Virus record (IMG/VR): IMGVR_UViG_3300006105_000061 | Location: 1 to 33,853 of that record | Direction: 5' to 3' (one strand) | Origin: a virus | Taxonomy: Duplodnaviria; Caudoviricetes | DNA length: 33,853 bases | In this document: positions 1-7,541 of the stretch, in pieces | Position numbering within the stretch: position 1 is the first letter of the stretch | Layout of the letters: each line of letters starts with the position of its first letter | Position numbers and translations under genes: made by a program | Notes under the pieces: generated by a model | What the model was told of the DNA's origin: nothing | The model's database searches: none | What the model saw: only the letters and a program-made list of their open reading frames with translations

Positions 1-10
1 TAAATACCCC

Positions 11-763
11 ATGAATTTTCTTATAATAGGCGACAGTTGGGGCTGCGGCGAATGGTCAAAAGATTTCATTTATGCAGATGCTGCGCCAGATAATGATTGG
101 CATGTATTTGGTGATAAACCAAATTATTGGTGTAAAACAGTGCCAATACCCAATACGCATGTTGGTGTATATTTAAATGAGCATACTTCTACAAATTTAT
201 GTGTAGGTGGTGATAGTAATCTCAACGCATATACTATATGTGCCAACCATTTAAAAACAAAGCGTGATTATGATTATATCATATGGTTCCAAACTGAACC
301 TGTCAGAGATATTATTAACAACAACGCAACAATAGATAGTAAAAAATTACAAGATTATAATGGATATGATGCAATTCATAATGATTTATGGCAAGAAACA
401 TATCTAAAATTTTCTACACTGTATGAACAATATAACATTCCATTTATCGTAATAGGCGGAATGGCAATGGTTAATCCAATCATACAGAAATTTGCCTTTG
501 CAAAGATAGTGCTGAATGATTGGGCAAATGAATTAATATTTGATGAACCGATAAAACATCCACATCTTATAGCACATGTATCAGAATTTGCTGAAAAATA
601 TGAAGCAGATTTTAATCGTGATAGGTTTATAGTGGAAGCAGAAGCATCAACAAATTGGATACAATACTGCTATCATCATACTAATTTTCCTGATTGGGGA
701 CATCCTGACAGACGTGCTCACCAAGGGCTTGCAGAATGGATATTAGAGCAATTAGAACGGTAA
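11..763 (+). CDS. SGNH/GDSL-like hydrolase (esterase/acyltransferase fold)
   Basis: N-terminal IIGDSW (block I), GGDSN (block II-like), C-terminal DWGHP (DxxH); TAAATA at 1-6 directly upstream. Confidence 0.65.
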   Translation: MNFLIIGDSWGCGEWSKDFIYADAAPDNDWHVFGDKPNYWCKTVPIPNTHVGVYLNEHTSTNLCVGGDSNLNAYTICANHLKTKRDYDYIIWFQTEPVRDIINNNATIDSKKLQDYNGYDAIHNDLWQETYLKFSTLYEQYNIPFIVIGGMAMVNPIIQKFAFAKIVLNDWANELIFDEPIKHPHLIAHVSEFAEKYEADFNRDRFIVEAEASTNWIQYCYHHTNFPDWGHPDRRAHQGLAEWILEQLER

Positions 764-1375
764 TGGAAAGAAATACCAGATACCATCTGCTAACACAATC
801 AAGCCAATGATACCAACCGCAATACTGCTATACCATAGAGCCATGCTGACGGCAAGGATAGCAGTGGTTGAGAAGATAATAGCAATCTGAATGATTGTAC
901 CAGCCATACCAAAGAATGGACTACACTTCTTGGCATTATCACGGTCTGCTTCTAGCGCACGACCTTTTGCCATAATTTCTTTTTTACCGTCACCCTTTGG
1001 ATCACTTTCTAGCGCATCAATATATTTCTGATAATTTTCAGCACGTGCTTTTAAGGCTGGTATTAAACTTTTATCTGTTGCTGGATCAGCAATTTGAACT
1101 TTCAAATCATCAAGGTTAAGTTGATACATGTTTTGCTTGATGCTTTTGGCTTGATAAAAACCCCAAGTATCACCAAGTTCAATATTATCAGCCATGATCT
1201 TGCCACTAACTTGACCACCAAGCCAAGATGTGATTGCTAACAGTGCAGCAAAGATTGTGATTGTAATAGAAGCAAGACCTTTTAGAACTGCTTCGCCTTC
1301 ACTACGACTTAATACCTTACCATTCTTATCTTTCATAACCATGTCTAATAATCCTTGAATTTGTTTCAGGTCCAT
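752..1375 (-). CDS. DUF4337-like membrane protein
   Basis: One N-terminal TM helix, WGFYQAKSIKQ motif, coiled region, two C-terminal TM helices; matches my recollection of DUF4337. Confidence 0.65.
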   Translation of the reverse strand: MDLKQIQGLLDMVMKDKNGKVLSRSEGEAVLKGLASITITIFAALLAITSWLGGQVSGKIMADNIELGDTWGFYQAKSIKQNMYQLNLDDLKVQIADPATDKSLIPALKARAENYQKYIDALESDPKGDGKKEIMAKGRALEADRDNAKKCSPFFGMAGTIIQIAIIFSTTAILAVSMALWYSSIAVGIIGLIVLADGIWYFFPLPF

Positions 1376-1376
1376 G

Positions 1377-1478
1377 TTAAAACTTTGCTAATGTTTGTGC
1401 TATGATTGTGCATCCCAAGAACGTATGGGCTAAAATAAATGAATAAAGAAGATAATTAATATACTTTTCTCTTGACAT
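1377..1478 (-). CDS. Small hydrophobic protein, 33 aa (MSREKYINYLLYSFILAHTFLGCTIIAQTLAKF), not in the ORF track
   Basis: Read by hand; minus-strand TAAATA at 1486-1491 upstream; stop ends 1 nt before the ATG of 752..1375. Confidence 0.5.
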   Translation of the reverse strand: MSREKYINYLLYSFILAHTFLGCTIIAQTLAKF

Positions 1479-1500
1479 GCATAACTATTTATTGTAATAT
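1472..1500 (+). promoter_or_regulatory. Sigma70-type promoter for the tRNA cluster
   Basis: TTGACA (1472-1477), 17-nt spacer, TAATAT (1495-1500); first tRNA starts at 1512. Confidence 0.6.
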
Positions 1501-1511
1501 AATTAAATGAT

Positions 1512-1589
1512 GCCCCGCTGGCCCAACTGGTTAGAGGTGCTTGACTTAGAATCAAGAGGTTCCCCGTTCGAATCGGGGGCGGGGCACCA
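1512..1589 (+). tRNA. tRNA-Leu(TAG) with short variable loop
   Basis: Acceptor GCCCCGC/GCGGGGC, A73, encoded CCA; anticodon arm CTTGA-CTTAGAA-TCAAG (TAG at 1547-1549); variable loop AGGTT; T arm CCCCG-TTCGAAT-CGGGG. Confidence 0.9.
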
Positions 1590-1591
1590 AT

Positions 1592-1666
1592 GCTGTTATA
1601 GCCGAGTGGTAAGGCAATTGATTAGTAATCAATAGATCGGGAGTTCGATTCTCTCTAACAGCACCA
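1592..1666 (+). tRNA. tRNA-Thr(AGT)
   Basis: Acceptor GCTGTTA/TAACAGC, A73, CCA; anticodon arm ATTGA-TTAGTAA-TCAAT (AGT at 1624-1626); T arm GGGAG-TTCGATT-CTCTC. Confidence 0.92.
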
Positions 1667-1671
1667 TTATT

Positions 1672-1761
1672 GGAAGGGTGGCCGAGTGGTTTATGGCTCT
1701 AGTCTTGAAAACTAGCGTAGGTGAAAGCCTACCGTGAGTTCGAATCTCACCTCTTCCGCCA
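1672..1761 (+). tRNA. tRNA-Ser(TGA)
   Basis: Acceptor GGAAGGG/CTCTTCC, G73, CCA; anticodon arm CTAGT-CTTGAAA-ACTAG (TGA at 1706-1708); long variable arm GTAGG-TGAAAG-CCTAC. Confidence 0.95.
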
Positions 1762-1785
1762 ACATAGAAAAGAAAGTAGACTAAG

Positions 1786-1896
1786 ATGTATAAGTTTTAT
1801 AGACGGTTTGTAGACGAATCTGTTAGAATCCTTTGGCTCATACTCTTGGTCAAATGGCTTTTAACTGATTTTGATATCCACAGTTTAATTAAATAA
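1786..1896 (+). CDS. Small hypothetical protein, 36 aa (MYKFYRRFVDESVRILWLILLVKWLLTDFDIHSLIK), between tRNA genes
   Basis: Read by hand; fills the Ser-Gly tRNA spacer; hydrophobic core; purine-rich upstream sequence. Confidence 0.4.
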   Translation: MYKFYRRFVDESVRILWLILLVKWLLTDFDIHSLIK

Positions 1897-1904
1897 ATGA
1901 GTGG

Positions 1905-1978
1905 GCGGAGTTCGTATAGTGGCAATACCTCAGATTTCCAATCTGATGCGAGGAGTTCGATTCTCCTACTCCGCTCCA
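1905..1978 (+). tRNA. tRNA-Gly(TCC)
   Basis: Acceptor GCGGAGT/ACTCCGC, U73, CCA; anticodon arm TCAGA-TTTCCAA-TCTGA (TCC at 1937-1939); T arm AGGAG-TTCGATT-CTCCT. Confidence 0.95.
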
Positions 1979-2014
1979 TTTTTTCTACAGTCATAAAATC
2001 GTAATAAATATCAT

Positions 2015-2173
2015 ATGAATTATTCAATTGCAAAGATGATTGAGTTTGCATTTACTTACATCATCACAAATGAGTTAAACACCAAAACATATGATATGCC
2101 AGAAGACATGAGACAAATTATAATTAATTACATGACACAGCGTATCAATGAGATACGCAGTCAAACCAAATGA
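2015..2173 (+). CDS. Small hypothetical protein, 52 aa (MNYSIAKMIEFAFTYII...RSQTK), not in the ORF track
   Basis: TAAATA at 2005-2010, 4 nt before the ATG (same spacing as ORF 11); ATGA overlap with 2170..2466. Confidence 0.6.
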   Translation: MNYSIAKMIEFAFTYIITNELNTKTYDMPEDMRQIIINYMTQRINEIRSQTK

Positions 2174-2466
2174 TCCCTACGATAGACAATATAGAAATAG
2201 GCACTCTTACATCTCTGGCACCAGACAAGTACCTAGTTAAAATATATCCAGATGTTTTTGGAATGGCATTTTATCCACCACTAAGCACGGATTTTTTAAA
2301 AGAAAAAATACAACAACCATTAAAGCAATGGTGTGACGAATGTTTCTCTAACGATTATTCATTAAATTTTAGATTCAACAGCGGCGATCCATATTGGTCG
2401 CTGCTTTTTAGTAGCAGTGAAGATGTTAATATCTTTATGCTACGTTTTGGTTCAAATAAACATTAA
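2170..2466 (+). CDS. Hypothetical phage protein, 98 aa
   Basis: ATGA-coupled to the upstream small ORF; no function recognised. Confidence 0.65.
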   Translation: MIPTIDNIEIGTLTSLAPDKYLVKIYPDVFGMAFYPPLSTDFLKEKIQQPLKQWCDECFSNDYSLNFRFNSGDPYWSLLFSSSEDVNIFMLRFGSNKH

Positions 2467-3067
2467 TATTACTCAACTCATAATTTTGAATATCCAATTC
2501 AACTGGCAGATCAATGCCTAGTTTTTTACATAATTCAATATTATCATACATCATTTCTGATGGATTGTCTTTTACAAATTTTCTCAAATCTGCATTTTGT
2601 TTATCAATGTGAAAACTCATTTCTCGTAAGTTCTTATAATATCCACTGTAACTTGGATAAGTTATACCAAAGTGTCCACAACGGACCCACCAGCCCAAAC
2701 ACGCATCGTTGTCACGTTCAACACATATAATTGGGCAATCTGGCCAAGTCTTGCGAATAAAATCAAGATGATGGCAAAACACGTGACTCTTAATGATGCG
2801 AACTCCTTCACCACTAAATGGACGATCAAATTCCTCTTCTAATTCTTGCTTGCTCATATAAGGCATAAGGTGAAGTTTGTCACCAAACTCCATACATGGG
2901 TCAAAATATGCGCCAAGATGCATAAGCTGATTGTTACCGCTAGCATCGTGATAGTAAGTTCTGCTATCGCTATAATCACTATTATCTAACGAAGGGGAGT
3001 AGTATATGTTTTTTACTACACTACTCCACTTAGAACCTGGCGCACCAGCAACAAATATATATTTCAA
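2435..3067 (-). CDS. Sulfotransferase-like P-loop protein
   Basis: IFVAGAPGSKWS (5'-PSB-like loop, lacks GKT), RIIKSH, IICVERD resembling sulfotransferase KxH and 3'-PB RxP/D motifs; last gene of the ATGA-coupled operon containing the APS kinase. Confidence 0.55.
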   Translation of the reverse strand: MKYIFVAGAPGSKWSSVVKNIYYSPSLDNSDYSDSRTYYHDASGNNQLMHLGAYFDPCMEFGDKLHLMPYMSKQELEEEFDRPFSGEGVRIIKSHVFCHHLDFIRKTWPDCPIICVERDNDACLGWWVRCGHFGITYPSYSGYYKNLREMSFHIDKQNADLRKFVKDNPSEMMYDNIELCKKLGIDLPVELDIQNYELSNINVYLNQNVA

Positions 3068-3435
3068 CCTAAACCCATTTCTTTGCGAATCTGAGTTGCA
3101 CTAATCTTTAATATTTCCTTATCAAAATCTTCTTTGTCAATTGTATAACCAACATCACGACCATAGGTTATGTTGACGATATTAGGAACCAAATTTACAA
3201 GAAAATCTCGATTAAATTTAAAACCTTCTGCTTCTAAATCTTTAATAATACGTTCTTTTACAAACGCATAATCAAATGGATTCTTTTCATCACTGCCACC
3301 AGTGTCACGAACCATGATCATGACTTGACCTGTTTTTGCATGTGCTCGCTTAAACAGTTCAGTATGACCAGGATGCCATGGCTGATAGCGTCCAAGTAAT
3401 TGCACAGTCGGTGCTTGATTATTCCATTTTGTCAT
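3064..3435 (-). CDS. HxGH nucleotidyltransferase (cytidyltransferase-like), possible minimal ATP sulfurylase
   Basis: GRYQPWHPGH, NPF..ER, YGRDVGY, ISATQIR (SxTxIR) motifs. Confidence 0.8.
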   Translation of the reverse strand: MTKWNNQAPTVQLLGRYQPWHPGHTELFKRAHAKTGQVMIMVRDTGGSDEKNPFDYAFVKERIIKDLEAEGFKFNRDFLVNLVPNIVNITYGRDVGYTIDKEDFDKEILKISATQIRKEMGLG

Positions 3436-3905
3436 GAGTGTTTCAATCCTTTAAACATTGCTTTAATCCAACTTGGGTTTGTGTCAAAATCAAGTTCTTC
3501 CATAATATACTTTGACCAGAATAGGGCATCTTGTGTGTCTACACGGAAGTAATAACTACCTGGTTCTGGGTTTACAAACAACTTATTTGTGTCCTCAAAC
3601 CGGCCTTCTTTAATGGTGTCAACCCAAATAACAGTAGCAGGCCCAAAGGCTGCACGAGTGGCTGGTGTGGGACAAACAAAATCGGCTATCACCCATGAAC
3701 CTGCTGCCGTAACTTGGTCGCATAGCCAACCCATTCGTCTGGCTTGCTCTATACGATCCGCTTCACTGAACCCAAGATGACTGTTAATATTTGCACGAAC
3801 AGCATCTGCGTTCCAATGAACTGCTTTTAATTTTGGTGCTAAGGCTTTTGCCAAGGTGGTTTTACCCGACCCTGGCAAGCCCATTATGAGTATTTTCTTA
3901 TTCAT
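3432..3905 (-). CDS. cysC: Adenylylsulfate (APS) kinase, CysC family
   Basis: GLPGSGKTT P-loop, NADAVR, LGFSEADR, DFVCP; the lid region is shorter than in cellular CysC. Confidence 0.8.
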   Translation of the reverse strand: MNKKILIMGLPGSGKTTLAKALAPKLKAVHWNADAVRANINSHLGFSEADRIEQARRMGWLCDQVTAAGSWVIADFVCPTPATRAAFGPATVIWVDTIKEGRFEDTNKLFVNPEPGSYYFRVDTQDALFWSKYIMEELDFDTNPSWIKAMFKGLKHS

Positions 3906-5335
3906 CGGGTCACTTTACTCACCAGATAACTTGCAGCACCGCTGCCAAGTGTCTGAATGATTACTCCAAGTGCTATAATCTGTGGACCGCCACCAAAGAA
4001 TTGTCCATAAACAAACACAGGTGCACCGATAAACAATCCTACAAAACCACCAGCAAGGAATCCATAACGTGTTAGCAGATCACCGCCAAGTAGTGCAAGA
4101 ACGATTGGTACAAAGAATGTTAGCGTAAGAGTTTTACCAAACACGAAGATTTGATTTAAATCAAGACCTGGTATATTGGCAAGAGCAATACCAAGAATAG
4201 CCAATCCAATCATGCCAAACTTGCCCCATACAACTGCATTAGAGCCACCTACACTGTCATGAACATCATTGCCTACTAAGTTGGCACTGCTCAATAGTTG
4301 CGTGTCAATAATTGATACAAGACCAGCAAATACAACTGCAAGATAAACAAGTGGTAACCACCATCCTACAACATTGGCCATTACGATAAGATTGATAAAA
4401 CCAGTGTTTGGACCAGTAACGTTGTAGTGCAGACCAGCGGCAGTTAAACCAATTAGACCACCTACGATTGGTAATATCAACCAATAGAACGGTGCTGCAA
4501 TGAATGCACCACGAACATAATCACTCTTCATACTAAATGCATTTTGATAATTTGAATTGTCACTCCATGGTGAAGCAAGATGTCCAAATACCGTTGGAAT
4601 ACCAAAGCCAAATAGCAAGCCAAGTGTAAGCGGGGTATCCCATAGCGTTACACCTTGTCCTGTAACGCCGCCGATGCCAGCAAGTGCTGGTGCAAATCCA
4701 ACAGTTCCAAAGATACTCACGGCTACAATGATCATACCAATCCAAATAGCAACAATCTTCACCATATCAGTTCCGATTGTAGCCTTTAGACCACCACGCC
4801 AACTATATGTAATAGCAATAGCAACAAGAAGTGCACTTACAAGAAGTGGACTTAAACCTGTTAATAGCGCAACACTTTTACTACCAGCAAATATGTTAAT
4901 AGTAATACCTTGAAGTGCATACAGTGCGGTTTGAACTAGCACACATGCCTGAACTAACTTGCCATACTTACTACGGAACCATTGACTCAATGTGAATCCC
5001 TGTCCATACCGCTCTCGCAACCTAAAGATTGCAAATGAGAATAAAATAAGAGCGAAGAAATTTCCCAAACTAAACCAGAAAACTCCTACAATACCATTAT
5101 TAAATCCTTGTTGTGCGGCAACAAACAAACCAGGTGCCCAAATCCAACTAGCACCAACACTCATACTTCCTTGCCAAAAACCTACATTGCGATTAGCAAC
5201 AAAAAATGCTTCTTTACCCATACCATATCCACGTGCAAACCAACTGGTAAGCGCAAATGCGAATAGGGCATAAAGACCAATCATGACCAAACCAGTCGCT
5301 GGGTCAAAGAGTGGAAAAATTTTACTTACATCCAT
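3902..5335 (-). CDS. Sodium:solute symporter (SSS) family transporter
   Basis: 477 aa with about 13 hydrophobic helices; FFVANRNV, SWIWAP, YSWRGGLKATIGTD, SIIDT motifs. Confidence 0.85.
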   Translation of the reverse strand: MDVSKIFPLFDPATGLVMIGLYALFAFALTSWFARGYGMGKEAFFVANRNVGFWQGSMSVGASWIWAPGLFVAAQQGFNNGIVGVFWFSLGNFFALILFSFAIFRLRERYGQGFTLSQWFRSKYGKLVQACVLVQTALYALQGITINIFAGSKSVALLTGLSPLLVSALLVAIAITYSWRGGLKATIGTDMVKIVAIWIGMIIVAVSIFGTVGFAPALAGIGGVTGQGVTLWDTPLTLGLLFGFGIPTVFGHLASPWSDNSNYQNAFSMKSDYVRGAFIAAPFYWLILPIVGGLIGLTAAGLHYNVTGPNTGFINLIVMANVVGWWLPLVYLAVVFAGLVSIIDTQLLSSANLVGNDVHDSVGGSNAVVWGKFGMIGLAILGIALANIPGLDLNQIFVFGKTLTLTFFVPIVLALLGGDLLTRYGFLAGGFVGLFIGAPVFVYGQFFGGGPQIIALGVIIQTLGSGAASYLVSKVTR

Positions 5336-5345
5336 TTTAATTTCC

Positions 5346-6077
5346 TTATAATTTAACTACTAAATTTTTACTTGCACCACCGAGAACATCATTTGTTCTT
5401 TGGGTAACATATCCTGTAATCTGTAACATAGGACGGTCCCACCAACCCATATTAGCGGTGGCATGTGGCATATCTTGCCATTCCCAAGTAATGCAATCAC
5501 CTGCTCGCCATTGAGTAAAGTTAGCATTGCCTAATTGAAATACTTGACCTATTTCCCAATCTGCTAACATAATAGCAAATCTACGCATAATATCTGGATT
5601 CTTATCCATCTCTGTTACTTTGAAACTATTTTCACGTTCAGGTCTGGCAGCAAAGTTGTCAATGTGAGTATGCAGCATCTGTCCCGTAGTTTGGTTATGA
5701 AATTTAATCATGCTTTCATCCATACCAAGCCAGTTGCTTACCTGTTGAAATATCTCAACATCTTCTGCTGCCGTGCGATTAAAAACTTCTTGGTCAGGGT
5801 TGGCTCCTGCACGAATCAAATCTTGTTCTTCTGCGGTTGCACTATACAAACCTTTATCCGCAATATCTTTGTTAAAGTTATTACGTGTTCCCCAACTACT
5901 AGCTTTTGTGCGAGGCATACACTCACGAATCGCATCTGTAAAATCTGCATCAAATCTGCAAACATGAGTGTAACTGTCTACGCCAGATTGCGGTGGTCGT
6001 TTAGTATCAAAATGCCAACGGCTGCGGCTTTTAGTAAATTCCCAACGACTATCGCCCCAATTTTCATATTCTGTCAT
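5346..6077 (-). CDS. 2OG-Fe(II)-dependent oxygenase (double-stranded beta-helix fold)
   Basis: HxD (HID), distal His (MPHATAN) and Arg (DRPMLQITG). Confidence 0.7.
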   Translation of the reverse strand: MTEYENWGDSRWEFTKSRSRWHFDTKRPPQSGVDSYTHVCRFDADFTDAIRECMPRTKASSWGTRNNFNKDIADKGLYSATAEEQDLIRAGANPDQEVFNRTAAEDVEIFQQVSNWLGMDESMIKFHNQTTGQMLHTHIDNFAARPERENSFKVTEMDKNPDIMRRFAIMLADWEIGQVFQLGNANFTQWRAGDCITWEWQDMPHATANMGWWDRPMLQITGYVTQRTNDVLGGASKNLVVKL

Positions 6078-6164
6078 AAATTTTTTTCCTAAGTTAATTT
6101 TTTTCTAAGATAAATAATTTTATAAAGATATTTATAAAAAAATTTAAAAAGTAGGAAAAAATCT
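6078..6164. promoter_or_regulatory. Divergent AT-rich control region with two late promoter cores and two AGGA RBSs
   Basis: TAAATA on + at 6111-6116; TATAAATA on - at 6129-6136; AGGAAAAA before both start codons. Confidence 0.55.
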
Positions 6165-6902
6165 GTGAATAGAAAAATTTATAACTTTTTATATAAAAAT
6201 TTGCATGATGCGTTTAATTTACCAAAGTATGATGATTTTAATAAAACTATGACACAGTATACTATTGTTAATGCGCTACCGTGGACTCCTAAACGTTGGG
6301 AAAAATTCTGCGAACAAATCAATAATGAATTTGATTTAGAGATTAACTTCAATGGAACCATTGCAGATATAACACACGATATTGATCAAAAATATTGTGC
6401 ACGTTTTTGGGGCGGTATCTGGCAACCTCGTACCGAAATTTATCAATATACTGGATGGAATATTGTAGAACTTATTAACAAAGCAAATCCAAAAGCAGTA
6501 CTAGATGTTGGTTGTGGGTTTAATCCATTCAAGGCACGTATTCCTAATTTAGTTGGTATTGATGCATATAACAACAGTGCTGATTACATGGTTGATATTC
6601 TTGATTATAATGTTCCAAATAATTTCTATGATCATGTAATTGTGTTTGGTAGTATAAATTTTGGTGAATATGATGACATTGAAGTTCGTATGAAAAAAGT
6701 AATTGACTTAACTATGCCTGATGGTAAAATTTATGTTCGTGCAAATCCTGGTTATGTTCATAAAAATGGTCAATGGATTGATATCTATCCATGGGATTTT
6801 GATACTGCTTATAGGATTGCAAACAAATTTAAGTGTGAATTAAGTTCTTTTAAGAAAGATAACGGTGATAGACTTTACTTTGAGTTAAGAAAATTGCCAT
6901 GA
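6165..6902 (+). CDS. Class I SAM-dependent methyltransferase with small N-terminal helical domain
   Basis: VLDVGCG motif I, GIDAY, YDHVIVFGSINF; GTG start after AGGA. Confidence 0.8.
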   Translation: MNRKIYNFLYKNLHDAFNLPKYDDFNKTMTQYTIVNALPWTPKRWEKFCEQINNEFDLEINFNGTIADITHDIDQKYCARFWGGIWQPRTEIYQYTGWNIVELINKANPKAVLDVGCGFNPFKARIPNLVGIDAYNNSADYMVDILDYNVPNNFYDHVIVFGSINFGEYDDIEVRMKKVIDLTMPDGKIYVRANPGYVHKNGQWIDIYPWDFDTAYRIANKFKCELSSFKKDNGDRLYFELRKLP

Positions 6903-7537
6903 AGATGTTAATTGTTATTGGTCCACAAGGCAGTGGTAATCATTTATTTGGTAAAATATTTTCACTTCATGATGCGGTTCATGGTTGGAAAGCAGCACTG
7001 GAACCAGATGGATATTTTATTCCGCATTGGTATGAACCATTCAATGAGTATTGGAATGACCCAAGTAAAATTACCGTGGATATAATGGGTGGTAAAGAGT
7101 ATGCCGTTACTAGCGTAAGCAATCCTTATATGGAAAATTTTACGGCAAGAGTTCCAAAGTTAGAAGAATTTGTCGCAGCACTAGCGGCAGTAGGTATTGA
7201 AAGTGAACTTGCTATTATTGGTCGTGATCGTAATATCCTAGACCTACAACAACGTAGATTACGTGGTGGTCCAACTTGGGGCATGATGCAAATTATGTTG
7301 AATAGATTAGAAGAACCACCGCTATTCATTAGTCAGGAATTACTTTATCTATATCGCCAACATTATGTTCGTAGTCTTGGCAAGTTGTTAGATTTTCCCG
7401 TTGCATGGAACGATCCACGCATTGAAGAAATTCTAAGTGAAGATGCCAACGCAAAATATATTCAACCATGTGAACCTACTGCACTAGATGCACATGTAAA
7501 AAATTTTATTAAACCCTCTTGGTTAAAAACACAATAG
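6899..7537 (+). CDS. Sulfotransferase-like P-loop protein
   Basis: LIVIGPQGSGNHLF (5'-PSB-like), IIGRDRNI, ISQELL (YEDL-like), LGKLLDFP; ATGA-coupled to the methyltransferase. Confidence 0.55.
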   Translation: MKMLIVIGPQGSGNHLFGKIFSLHDAVHGWKAALEPDGYFIPHWYEPFNEYWNDPSKITVDIMGGKEYAVTSVSNPYMENFTARVPKLEEFVAALAAVGIESELAIIGRDRNILDLQQRRLRGGPTWGMMQIMLNRLEEPPLFISQELLYLYRQHYVRSLGKLLDFPVAWNDPRIEEILSEDANAKYIQPCEPTALDAHVKNFIKPSWLKTQ

Positions 7538-7541
7538 TTTA

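Noticed and set aside
1547-1549. TAG in the tRNA read as amber suppressor or evidence of a recoded genome
   Set aside because: Anticodon TAG reads CUA (Leu); a suppressor would need CTA. Genes are intact in the standard code and TAG serves as a stop at 7535-7537 and 10481-10483
1512-1978. Eukaryotic or giant-virus origin suggested by the AGT anticodon
   Set aside because: Encoded CCA ends, U73 Gly, sigma70-type promoter, SD sites, coupled operons and gp14/gp15-like genes indicate a bacteriophage
1797-2051. 84-aa minus-strand ORF
   Set aside because: Antisense across tRNA-Gly and two better-supported small plus-strand ORFs
3589-7329. Short ORFs overlapping the enzyme cluster
   Set aside because: They lie within or largely overlap motif-bearing genes on another strand or frame
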